A DNA stretch of 24,000 nucleotides from an uncultured Odoribacter sp. (GTDB lineage: Bacteria; Bacteroidota; Bacteroidia; Bacteroidales; Marinifilaceae): contig CAJTPD010000011.1 of NCBI GenBank assembly GCA_910578105.1, positions 1 through 24,000 of the forward strand. Reading direction: 5' to 3'. The notes under the pieces are model-generated. The model did no database searches and was not told where the DNA came from. It saw only the letters and a list, made by a program, of their open reading frames with translations. Positions 8,097 through 17,707 of this stretch are shown one piece after another. Within the stretch, counting starts at the first letter, position 1. The number at the start of each line of letters is the position of its first letter. The position numbers and the translations under genes are program-made.

Positions 8097-8265
8097 AAAA
8101 ATGATGAAAATTCAGACAAAATAATTATTTTCGTGCTTCATTACATGAGATAATTTTTATCAACAATTGAATATTAGGTCATTAAATTAACCGAAACATT
8201 AAAAAATAAATTTTAAAGTATCTCAAGCCCCTATATGGCAAATAAAAACTATACTAAAACAAAAT

Positions 8266-11200
8266 ATGTATACAATTAAAGAGCATCCAAATTTGAATTT
8301 CAGGTTTATCAACCGACTGACCGGATGGGTCATTTTTGTTGTTGCCAGCCTAACGTACATACTCACAGCAGAACCAACAGCCAGCTTGTGGGATTGCGGC
8401 GAGTTTATCACCACTTCTGTGGGACTGCAGGTAGGACATCCTCCCGGAGCACCGTTATTTATGATCATTTCCCGACTGTTTGCGATTTTCGCTCCTTCAA
8501 TAGAAACCCAGGCATTAATGATTAATTATATGTCAGGCCTATGTTCCGGTTTCACCATCCTGTTTTTATTCTGGTCCATCACACATCTGGCCCGTAAACT
8601 GGTAGTGAAAGAAGGGGAAGAAATGACTTTAGGGCAAATGTTTGCTATCCTTGGAGCCTCTTTGATCGGTTCACTGACTTACACTTTCACTGATACTTTT
8701 TGGTTCTCTGCAGTGGAAGGCGAAGTATATGCAATGTCTTCTCTCTTCACTGCCGTTGTATTCTGGGCAATTTTAAAATGGGAAAATGTAGCTAATGAAA
8801 AATATGCTAACCGCTGGCTGGTGTTGATTGCCTACTTAATCGGTTTATCCATTGGTGTACACTTACTGAACCTATTGGTTATTCCTGCAATTGCTTTTGT
8901 ATATTATTTCAAAAAATACACTCCAACCGTCAGAGGATTCATTAAAACAGGTATTTTATCACTAATTATTTTAGGTATTGTAAATTTTGGAGTCATACCC
9001 GGAATCATTAAAATAGCTGGTTGGTTTGAACTTTTATTTACCAATAGTTTCGGGCTGCCTTTCAATACAGGTGTGATTATTTATGTATTCCTGATTATCG
9101 GGGTTCTGACCTGGGGTATCCGCTATACCCTCCGCAAAGGAATGCCCGTTTGGAATACCATTTTAACATGCTTTATGGTCATCCTGATAGGCTATTCTTC
9201 CTATTCAATGGTAGTCATTCGTTCATTAAGCGACCCACCTATCGATGAAAATAGTCCGGATAATGTATTTTCTTTGTTGTCTTACATCAACCGGGACCAA
9301 TATGGGGATAGTCCCTTACTGTATGGCCAGTACTTCAATGCCCCCCGGATAGGATATGAAGAAGGTGCACCTATTTATTACCAAAATAAAGAAACCGGGG
9401 TATACGAAAAAATCGGTAACAAATTCAATTATAAATATGATCCCCGGTTTTGCGGTTTCTTTCCCCGAATGCACAGTGACCAAAGATCTTATTATCCGTC
9501 ACAATACCAAGCCTGGGGAGGAAAGAACAATGGACCGACTTATATGGTAGACGGACAAGCTATTACACGTCCCAGCTTTGGAAATAACATGCGGTATTTT
9601 TTCAATTACCAATTAGGACATATGTATTGGCGGTACTTTATGTGGAATTTCTCCGGACGCCAAAACGATATCCAGGGAAATGGAGACATTATTCATGGCA
9701 ATTGGATTACCGGCATTAAATTCCTGGATGAAATGCGTTTAGGTAATCAGTCGGAACTTCCGGATACCCTGAAATCCGAAAAAGCATACAACAAATATTA
9801 CCTGCTTCCTTTTTTGTTGGGTATATTAGGCATATTCTATCAGTATCGGAAAGGACGTACCGGCAAGCAAGATTTCTGGGTTGTTATGTTATTGTTTATC
9901 ATGACAGGTATTGCCATTATCGTTTTCTTGAATCAGTCTCCGATGGAACCCCGTGAACGGGACTACGCTTATGCAGGTTCATTCTACGCTTATGCCATCT
10001 GGATTGGTTTAGGAATTCTCGCATTATGGGAGTTCATGACTAAACACATCCGGAAACTCACTCCATCTGCAGCAGCAATTATTGTCACCGGAATATGTTT
10101 TTTTGCAGTGCCTGTAAACATGGCTGCACAAAATTGGGATGACCATACCCGGACCGGACGTTATGCAACTCTTGCTCACGCCAAAAACTATCTGAACTCC
10201 TGTGCTCCGAATGCTATTCTGTTTACCTATGGTGACAATGATACTTTCCCTTTATGGTATGCTCAGGAGGTGGAAGGAGTACGCCGGGATATCCGGATTG
10301 TCAACCTCAGCTTGTTGGCAGGGCCATGGTACATTGACCAAATCAACCGCAAAGCGTATGAAAGTCCCGCAGTACCAATCTCTTTCACCAAGAATCAGTA
10401 CCGGGACGGGAAACGGGACAGAGTCTATATTATGGAACGTTATAAACAGGCAAATTTACGTGAAGTCATGGAATTTGTTGCCAGCGATTTACCACAGACT
10501 AAACTAAAAGAACCCGGAATTACAGAAGAAATAGACTATATCCCAACCCGGAATTTATACCTGCCGATTGATTCGGCACAGGTTATTGCCAATGGGACTG
10601 TAAAAGCAAAGGATGCCGACAAAATTGTCAAAGAATTGAAATTGACCCTGAAAGGCAATGGTTTAAACAAATCTGAAACCATGCTCCTGGATATTATCAG
10701 TACCAACAATTGGGAACGTCCCATTTATTTCGGTATCGGCATACCAACAGATTCCTACATGGGACTTGAAAAATATTTCCAGGTTGAAGGAGCTACTTAT
10801 CGTCTGGTCCCCATTGAAACTCCTAGTAAACGGAATGAATATGGAGGCACGGATTACGGAAGAATCGATTCAGATATCCTTTACAACAATATAATGAATA
10901 AATTTGAATGGGGAAATATTAAAAATCCAAAAGTTAATATTGATAACTTCCATGATATCATCATCGGCTCTATGCAATACAGGAATACGATGCAACGTCT
11001 GGCATCCCAATTACACCAAGAAGGGAAAGACGACAAAGCTGTGAAAGTACTGGATAAAAGTCTGGAAGAATTACCATTATCACAAGTTCCTATAGATATC
11101 GTTTTCCTGGATTATATCACATTATATTATGAATTGGGAGAAACAGAGAAAGCCAACCATTTACTGAATGAATTGGCAACCGATAATTTCCAGATGTTGA

Positions 11201-11439
11201 AATATGTCAACTCTTTATCTCCAAAATTCGCTGATACACCAGGAATTCAAAGAGAAGAAAATATCAGCTTTTATACCCTGCAAAAATTATTCGAAGCAGC
11301 CTATAATGCCGGACAAAAAGATATAGCTGAGAATATTAAAAATAAGGTTGAAAGTATTGTGAATCCGAATTGGATGCGTCCGGCACCTGCAACCCATGCG
11401 CCGATTAAAGATTCGGCCCCTGAGGTTGAAATACAATAA
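8266..11439 (+). CDS. DUF2723 family multi-pass membrane protein (GT-C-like)
   Basis: 1057 aa, N-terminal region TGWVIFVVASLTYILTAEPTASLWDCGEFITTSVGLQVGHPPGAPLFMIISRLF typical of DUF2723; many TM helices and soluble C-terminal region. Confidence 0.85.
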   Translation: MYTIKEHPNLNFRFINRLTGWVIFVVASLTYILTAEPTASLWDCGEFITTSVGLQVGHPPGAPLFMIISRLFAIFAPSIETQALMINYMSGLCSGFTILFLFWSITHLARKLVVKEGEEMTLGQMFAILGASLIGSLTYTFTDTFWFSAVEGEVYAMSSLFTAVVFWAILKWENVANEKYANRWLVLIAYLIGLSIGVHLLNLLVIPAIAFVYYFKKYTPTVRGFIKTGILSLIILGIVNFGVIPGIIKIAGWFELLFTNSFGLPFNTGVIIYVFLIIGVLTWGIRYTLRKGMPVWNTILTCFMVILIGYSSYSMVVIRSLSDPPIDENSPDNVFSLLSYINRDQYGDSPLLYGQYFNAPRIGYEEGAPIYYQNKETGVYEKIGNKFNYKYDPRFCGFFPRMHSDQRSYYPSQYQAWGGKNNGPTYMVDGQAITRPSFGNNMRYFFNYQLGHMYWRYFMWNFSGRQNDIQGNGDIIHGNWITGIKFLDEMRLGNQSELPDTLKSEKAYNKYYLLPFLLGILGIFYQYRKGRTGKQDFWVVMLLFIMTGIAIIVFLNQSPMEPRERDYAYAGSFYAYAIWIGLGILALWEFMTKHIRKLTPSAAAIIVTGICFFAVPVNMAAQNWDDHTRTGRYATLAHAKNYLNSCAPNAILFTYGDNDTFPLWYAQEVEGVRRDIRIVNLSLLAGPWYIDQINRKAYESPAVPISFTKNQYRDGKRDRVYIMERYKQANLREVMEFVASDLPQTKLKEPGITEEIDYIPTRNLYLPIDSAQVIANGTVKAKDADKIVKELKLTLKGNGLNKSETMLLDIISTNNWERPIYFGIGIPTDSYMGLEKYFQVEGATYRLVPIETPSKRNEYGGTDYGRIDSDILYNNIMNKFEWGNIKNPKVNIDNFHDIIIGSMQYRNTMQRLASQLHQEGKDDKAVKVLDKSLEELPLSQVPIDIVFLDYITLYYELGETEKANHLLNELATDNFQMLKYVNSLSPKFADTPGIQREENISFYTLQKLFEAAYNAGQKDIAENIKNKVESIVNPNWMRPAPATHAPIKDSAPEVEIQ

Positions 11440-11521
11440 CCATTGAACCAGCAAAGATTGAACGTTTAAATCACTGTATTTAACGTTCAATCTTTAACTT
11501 ATAATTTTAAAACACAAAAAT

Positions 11522-12635
11522 ATGATTACAATAGATCAACTGAAATCAGTTGAAGACCGCAGTGGCGCTCTGAGGAGGTATCTTTGACATCGACCACAAA
11601 AAAATAGAATTGGAAGAAGTTGAAATGCGTACACAAGCTCCGGATTTCTGGACAGATGCCAAGGCAGCCGAAAAAGTCATGAAGCATGTACGCGAACTCA
11701 AAGGATGGATTGAAGGATGTGAAGAAGTAGGCCGGGCTGTCGATGATTTGTATGTACTTTTTGAATTTGCCAAAGAAGGTGAGGCTACAGAGGAAGAAGT
11801 GGATGCTCATTATGCTGAAACGTTACGCCTTGTAGAAAATCTGGAATTGAAAAACATGCTACAAGGCGAAGCCGATGAAATGGGATGTGTATTGAAAATC
11901 AATTCCGGAGCAGGAGGAACTGAAAGTCAGGACTGGTCGTCCATGCTCATGCGAATGTACATCAGATGGGCAGAAAACAATAAATACAAATGTTCCGTCA
12001 GCAACCTGCAGGACGGAGATGAAGCCGGCATAAAAACTGTAACTATGCAGATAGAAGGTGATTTTGCCTATGGCTATCTGAAAGGAGAAAACGGAGTACA
12101 CCGCCTGGTCCGGGTATCCCCTTTCAATGCCCAAGGGAAACGAATGACTTCATTTGCTTCTGTATTTGTAACACCCTTAGTAGACGATACGATTGATATT
12201 TCCATTAATCAGGCTGCTATCAGTTGGGATACTTTCCGTTCAGGAGGTGCAGGAGGTCAGAATGTAAATAAAGTGGAATCCGGAGTCCGGTTGCGTTATC
12301 AATACAAAGACCCTTATACTGGTGAAGAAGAAGAAATCCTGATTGAAAATACAGAGACTCGGGATCAACCTAAAAATAAAGAAAATGCTCTCCGGCAACT
12401 GCGTTCCATCCTTTATGACAAGGAATTACAACACCGCATGGCAAAACAAGCCAAAGTTGAAGCCAATAAAAAGAAAATCGAATGGGGCTCACAAATCCGG
12501 AGTTACGTTTTCGACGATCGCCGGGTAAAAGATCACCGGACCAATTATCAAACTTCCGATGTAAATGGAGTCATGGACGGAAAAATAGATGAGTTTATAA
12601 AGGCTTATCTGATGGAATTTGGAGGCGAGGAATAA
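11522..12635 (+). CDS. prfB: Peptide chain release factor 2, expressed by programmed +1 frameshift
   Basis: ORF0 MITIDQLKSVEDRSGALRRYL from 11522, in-frame TGA at 11585-11587, then +1 frame DIDHKKIELEEVEMRTQAPDFW... to 12635; GGQ motif in SGGAGGQNVNKVESGVR. Confidence 0.96.
11573..11588 (+). promoter_or_regulatory. prfB recoding site (SD-like AGGAGG + CTT TGA C)
   Basis: aggaggtatctttgac: internal Shine-Dalgarno 3 nt before CTT, stop TGA followed by C. Confidence 0.93.
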
Positions 12636-12727
12636 GAGGTCTTAAATTCTCGTGTGTCTTTACCCATCTCTTCCAGGACTAATTTATCATCCGGAAATTT
12701 TTAATGATTTCCTAAATAGGAAACAAC

Positions 12728-13675
12728 ATGAAAAATGAAAAAAGAGATTTTTCAAACAGTAAAATATTCATCATAGGTGATGTGATGCTTGACAAATATT
12801 ACTTTGGCTGTGTCGAGCGCATATCTCCTGAAGCCCCCGTACCCATTGTAAAAATCGGAAAAGAAGAATCTCGTTTGGGAGGTGCGGCTAATGTAGCTAA
12901 CAACATTGCCAGCCTGGGAGGTCAACCTCTATTATGCGGTGCCATCGGATATGATTTCTTTGGAAAAGAAATAGAACACATGAGCAAACAAAAGAACATC
13001 AGAACCATGTTTCTGAAAGTTCCTTGCCCAACCATAACCAAAGCACGCATCATTGGAGGCAAACAGCAAATTGTCAGGGTGGATTATGCAGACCGGACCG
13101 AATTGAAAAATAATGACCAAAAGATGTTACGGGAAATTGTCCGGTCTTACCTTCCGGATTATGATGTCTTAGTGATATCTGATTATGGTAAAGGACTCAT
13201 TTCTGAAGAATTTTGTACGTATCTGATTCGTTATGCCCATAAAATCGGCAAGAAAATTATTGTAGACCCCAAAGGCAATAATTGGAAAAAATATTCAGGA
13301 GCTGATATTGTTACTCCCAATGTAAAAGAATTAAGTGACATTATCGGCTATTCTGTTCCCAACACAGATCGTGCTGTGGAAAAAGCCGCACGCGAAGTAC
13401 TTGAAGCCAATCAACTGACTTCTCTCCTGGTTACCCGCAGTGATAAAGGCATGAGCCTGATTAGTGACATTCCTCCTATTCACATCCCTACTCATTCTGA
13501 AGAGGTTTTCGACGTCAGTGGAGCAGGGGATACAGTGGTTGCAACACTCAGCCTTTGTCTGGCAGCAGGTTATGATATGACAACGGCAATGAAAACCGCC
13601 AATATTGCTGCCGGCATTGTTGTGAAAAAAATCGGGACTGCCACCCTCACCATTGAAGAACTGACCCAAAACTAA
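12728..13675 (+). CDS. rfaE1: PfkB-family kinase, D-glycero-beta-D-manno-heptose-7-phosphate kinase-like (RfaE domain I)
   Basis: GDVMLDKYYFGCVERISPEAPVPIVKI...RLGGAANVANNIASLG; DVSGAGDTVVATLSL; single-domain length (315 aa). Confidence 0.8.
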   Translation: MKNEKRDFSNSKIFIIGDVMLDKYYFGCVERISPEAPVPIVKIGKEESRLGGAANVANNIASLGGQPLLCGAIGYDFFGKEIEHMSKQKNIRTMFLKVPCPTITKARIIGGKQQIVRVDYADRTELKNNDQKMLREIVRSYLPDYDVLVISDYGKGLISEEFCTYLIRYAHKIGKKIIVDPKGNNWKKYSGADIVTPNVKELSDIIGYSVPNTDRAVEKAAREVLEANQLTSLLVTRSDKGMSLISDIPPIHIPTHSEEVFDVSGAGDTVVATLSLCLAAGYDMTTAMKTANIAAGIVVKKIGTATLTIEELTQN

Positions 13676-13709
13676 ACTCCCCGGCATTCTTTCAATACCG
13701 GCAGAAAGC

Positions 13710-14279
13710 TTATTTTTGGCACATACCGGCAAAATATTGGTGAAACGCAGAATAGTCTGTTAACTCCGGATGAAAAGAAGTGACCAACATATGCTCCTCC
13801 CGGGCAGCAACAACATGCCCGTCAACCTGACACAACACACTTACTTTTTCTCCCGTCTTTGTAATATAAGGTGCCCGGATAAATACCAAAGGTATTACTG
13901 AAGAACTGACTTCCGGAATTTTTACATCCACATCAAAACTATCAATCTGGGTTCCGTAAGCATTTCGTTTTACTGCAATATCCATCACTCCCAAATGCCT
14001 GACTGGATCGTTCACCAGTTCTTTCGCTAATAAAATCATACCGGCACAAGTCCCCCACACAGGCAAACCCGCTTGAATTTTATTTTTTAGAGGCTCCATC
14101 ATACCCGTACTGCAAAGCAATTTTCCCATGGTTGTACTCTCTCCTCCCGGTAAAATAATTCCGTTCAAATCATCCAGTTGCTGCGAATAACGAACCACCA
14201 CAGATTCATGTCCCAATTTTTCAACATGTTGCTGGTGTTCAACGACTGCCCCCTGAAACCCTAAAATACCTATTTTCAT
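13710..14279 (-). CDS. pdxT: Pyridoxal 5'-phosphate synthase glutaminase subunit
   Basis: MKIGILGFQGAVVEHQ, LPGGESTTMGKLL, GTCAGMILLAKEL, TSFHPELT. Start trimmed from the 14354 ORF start to the MKIGILG Met. Confidence 0.95.
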   Translation of the reverse strand: MKIGILGFQGAVVEHQQHVEKLGHESVVVRYSQQLDDLNGIILPGGESTTMGKLLCSTGMMEPLKNKIQAGLPVWGTCAGMILLAKELVNDPVRHLGVMDIAVKRNAYGTQIDSFDVDVKIPEVSSSVIPLVFIRAPYITKTGEKVSVLCQVDGHVVAAREEHMLVTSFHPELTDYSAFHQYFAGMCQK

Positions 14280-14407
14280 CATATGACATATATAAATGCA
14301 GATTTCCCGGATTTGCCATAATACTGAACATTCTTTCCCCCATAAATACCACACCCTCCGTCATCATTTGTCCGTCCCACAGGTGCCTCCGAAAAATCTG
14401 CCTTATT

Positions 14408-15277
14408 TTACCATCCTCTTTCTGCGTATTTGCTTTCCAGTGTTTTAATTTCAAGCCCCGACATCGGCTCTCCCAAGTTCTCCGACAATTCTGCCAGTTT
14501 CAAAGGATCATTATAATAAGTCACAGCCTGAACGATAGCTTTAGCCCGTTTTTCGGGATCACCTGACTTAAAAATTCCCGAACCGACAAAAACCCCCTCA
14601 GACCCCAATTGCATCATCAAGGCAGCGTCTGCAGGAGTTGCAATACCACCTGCTGCAAAGTTTACCACCGGCAATGTTCCATGTTCATGTACATATTTCA
14701 CCAACTCATAAGGAGCACAAAATTCTTTAGCCAAAGTCATCAATTCCTCCGCACCCGCATTCTTTACCCGGCGCATATCATCACTAATCTGACGCATATG
14801 GGTAACCGCCTCAACTACATTCCCTGTTCCGGCTTCTCCCTTTGTCCGGATCATAGCAGCTCCTTCCCCTATACGACGCAATGCTTCACCCAGATTACGC
14901 GCTCCGCATACAAACGGAACCTTAAAAGCAGCCTTGTCAACATGATACAACTCATCTGCCGGAGTCAATACCTCACTTTCATCAATAAAATCAATCCCAA
15001 TAGCTTCTAATATTTGAGCCTCCACAAAATGGCCAATTCTTACCTTTGCCATCACAGGAATCGATACAGCTTTCTGTATAGCTTTAATCATTTGCGGGTC
15101 AGACATACGGGCAACACCTCCGTCACGACGGATATCTGCGGGTACTCTTTCTAACGCCATAACAGCACAAGCTCCAGCAGCTTCTGCTATTTTTGCCTGA
15201 TCGGCATTAGTCACATCCATAATCACCCCGCCTTTCAGCATCTGAGCAAGGTTTTTGTTTAATTCATACTTTCCCAT
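14408..15277 (-). CDS. pdxS: Pyridoxal 5'-phosphate synthase lyase subunit
   Basis: [35 protein letters not shown]; [26 protein letters not shown]; start could be 15289. Confidence 0.96.
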   Translation of the reverse strand: MGKYELNKNLAQMLKGGVIMDVTNADQAKIAEAAGACAVMALERVPADIRRDGGVARMSDPQMIKAIQKAVSIPVMAKVRIGHFVEAQILEAIGIDFIDESEVLTPADELYHVDKAAFKVPFVCGARNLGEALRRIGEGAAMIRTKGEAGTGNVVEAVTHMRQISDDMRRVKNAGAEELMTLAKEFCAPYELVKYVHEHGTLPVVNFAAGGIATPADAALMMQLGSEGVFVGSGIFKSGDPEKRAKAIVQAVTYYNDPLKLAELSENLGEPMSGLEIKTLESKYAERGW

Positions 15278-15326
15278 AATAATTGTCAATCTATAAATAA
15301 ATTAATAATAGGATATTATTATACCC

Positions 15327-16301
15327 TTAATCAAAACCATAAATTGTCGTTTTCCGGTATTCCTCTCCCGGCACTAACAAAGCAGAAGGAAAAGAAGGAT
15401 GGTGAGGTGAATCCGGCCAATATTGGGCTTCCAGTGCAATTCCTGCATATGCCCCGTAATTCTTTCCTCCTTTAGCACTTTTCACATTAAGATAACGTCC
15501 GGTGTACACCTGCAATCCCGGATAATCAGAACATACATACATTTTTATTCCCGATTCTTCACTGACAAGTTCTGCCTGACGAACTATTTTTCCGGCAGGT
15601 TCAAAAACAAAACAATCATCCAATCCTCCGTTCTGCTCAATGACCCCTTGCAAAGAACGGAAATCAGTAAAATCATAATTGCCTGTTGCAGTAACAAAAT
15701 CACCATCCGGTATCAAATCATTTGTTTTCAAATATGTATCAGAATACAATTTTAACCGCAATTGCTTTATATCAGAACAATCCGGATTCAAATTAAAATA
15801 CGGATGATGTGTCAGATTCACATAACATTTTTGATCTGTAGAAGCTTTATAATGTATATGCAATTCTTTCTCTTTCAACTCAAAACAAAGTTCAACTATT
15901 AAATTTCCCGGATAACCTTCTTCTCCGGCCGGACTATCATAGTGCAAAATCAACAAAGAATCTGTTCTTTTCTGCACAGACCAGATTTTCTTGTCAAACC
16001 CACAAATTCCGCCGTGTAAATGATTCGGACCATTATTAACTGCCAAACGGAAACTTTGCCCATCAATAGAAAATTCTCCGTTGGCAATGCGATTGGCATA
16101 CCGTCCGATACCAGCACCTAAATAAGCACCACTTGCAACATAATCAGGCGTTTCGTAATCCTCTGCATGCGCCATTCCCAATATTACATCAACTGCTTTC
16201 CCCCGGCACCCGGAAGTAATCATTCGGGTAATTGTCGCACCTAACGTTGATATATGCACTTCAAGGACATCATTTTTCAAGATATAAATCTCCGGCTTCA
16301 T
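15327..16301 (-). CDS. galM: Aldose 1-epimerase (galactose mutarotase)
   Basis: GAGIGRYANRIANGEFSIDG, NGPNHLHGG, HPYFNL, divergent from galK. Confidence 0.92.
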   Translation of the reverse strand: MKPEIYILKNDVLEVHISTLGATITRMITSGCRGKAVDVILGMAHAEDYETPDYVASGAYLGAGIGRYANRIANGEFSIDGQSFRLAVNNGPNHLHGGICGFDKKIWSVQKRTDSLLILHYDSPAGEEGYPGNLIVELCFELKEKELHIHYKASTDQKCYVNLTHHPYFNLNPDCSDIKQLRLKLYSDTYLKTNDLIPDGDFVTATGNYDFTDFRSLQGVIEQNGGLDDCFVFEPAGKIVRQAELVSEESGIKMYVCSDYPGLQVYTGRYLNVKSAKGGKNYGAYAGIALEAQYWPDSPHHPSFPSALLVPGEEYRKTTIYGFD

Positions 16302-16531
16302 GCACGTTTCTTATTCTTTAAAAAATTAACAATCTTTATCTTACAGTCTAAAACTATAAAAATTACAAATTGCAACAAAGATATAAATTTCTCAAAAAAA
16401 CAAAACTATTTCTCAGGTATCAAAGTCCTTTGGAATTATAACATTCTATTCTGGATAATATTGCGCTACTAAAAAAAATATTCTATTTTTGTTCACATTA
16501 TGTGCAATATAACCTACTCTGACAATATAAT

Positions 16532-17686
16532 ATGAATACACAAGAACTGGAACATAAATTTGAAGAAATATATGGCCGAAAAGCGGAACATGCTTTTTTT
16601 GCTCCTGGCCGGGTCAACCTTATTGGTGAACATACTGATTATAACGGAGGTTTGGTTTTCCCTTGTGCACTAAGTTTCGGAACCTATCTTCTGGTTTCTA
16701 AAAGAAATGACCGGACCAACCATTTCAACAGCATTAACATGAAATTTTCTGCCACAGCAGATGCCCATGCTTTTGTCGAAAAGCCAGTCGAATGGATTAA
16801 ATATCCATTGGGAGTAATGAAAGAATTTGCAGACCGTGGTTTCAATGTCTGGGGGTATGACTTATTGTATTATGGAAACATTCCCAACGGAGCCGGCCTT
16901 TCTTCCTCCGCTTCCATTGAAGTTGTGACAGCAGTCATGTTAAATGAAATGACAAATGCAGGTCTGGACATGATTGAACTGGTTAAAATTTCTCAAAAAG
17001 CTGAAAACGTTTATGTCGGCGTAAACTGTGGAATCATGGACCAATTCGCCGTAGGTATGGGCAAAAAAGAGCATGCAATAGCCTTGGATTGTGCCAGCCT
17101 GAAATATGACTATGTTCCCCTGTCCATGAAAGGCTACAAACTGGTAATCGCAAATACGAACAAAAAAAGAGGATTAGCAGACTCAAAATACAATGAAAGA
17201 AGAAAGGAATGTGATGCTGCCGTATCAGCCATTTCTGCCGTTCATAAAATCAATTACCTCTGTGAGCTGAACGAAGAAGAATTCAATAATTACAGTTCAC
17301 AAATTCAAAATGACACAATTCGCCGGCGTGCTCAACATGCCGTTTCGGAAAACCAGCGTGTAATCACTGCAATCACCGCATTAAAAACAGGTAATCTTCA
17401 AAAATTCGGCCAACTGATGAATGCATCGCACAAATCTTTGAAAGAAGATTACGAAGTTACCGGCACTGAATTGGATACCCTGGCAGAAGAAGGCCAGCAT
17501 CTGGAAGGAGTGTTAGGTTCCCGGATGACCGGAGCAGGATTCGGAGGCTGCACTGTAACATTGGTTGCAGAAGATAAAGTAGATAATTACATCCGGAAAG
17601 TCAGCCAACTTTATAAATCTAAAGTAAATCTGGAAGCGACATTTTATATAGCTGACATTGGAGAAGGCGCACGTAAACTCTATTAA
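16532..17686 (+). CDS. galK: Galactokinase
   Basis: APGRVNLIGEHTDYNGGLVFPCAL signature; GAGLSSSASIEV; GSRMTGAGFGGC. Confidence 0.97.
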   Translation: MNTQELEHKFEEIYGRKAEHAFFAPGRVNLIGEHTDYNGGLVFPCALSFGTYLLVSKRNDRTNHFNSINMKFSATADAHAFVEKPVEWIKYPLGVMKEFADRGFNVWGYDLLYYGNIPNGAGLSSSASIEVVTAVMLNEMTNAGLDMIELVKISQKAENVYVGVNCGIMDQFAVGMGKKEHAIALDCASLKYDYVPLSMKGYKLVIANTNKKRGLADSKYNERRKECDAAVSAISAVHKINYLCELNEEEFNNYSSQIQNDTIRRRAQHAVSENQRVITAITALKTGNLQKFGQLMNASHKSLKEDYEVTGTELDTLAEEGQHLEGVLGSRMTGAGFGGCTVTLVAEDKVDNYIRKVSQLYKSKVNLEATFYIADIGEGARKLY

Positions 17687-17707
17687 TAACTACGATAAAA
17701 TAAAATT

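Noticed and set aside
7907-8153. ORFs on both strands over tRNA-Gln and the third tRNA-Leu (7907-8119 minus, 7944-8153 plus)
   Set aside because: Spurious translation through tRNA genes and their promoter.
11585-11587. Apparent nonsense mutation making prfB a pseudogene
   Set aside because: It is the conserved programmed frameshift stop with the AGGAGG...CTTTGAC context, not a disabling mutation.
11526-11810. 94-aa minus-strand ORF
   Set aside because: Antisense to prfB across the frameshift site; no supporting evidence.
13331-13732. 133-aa minus-strand ORF
   Set aside because: Antisense to the rfaE1-like gene; composition typical of the reverse strand of a coding region.
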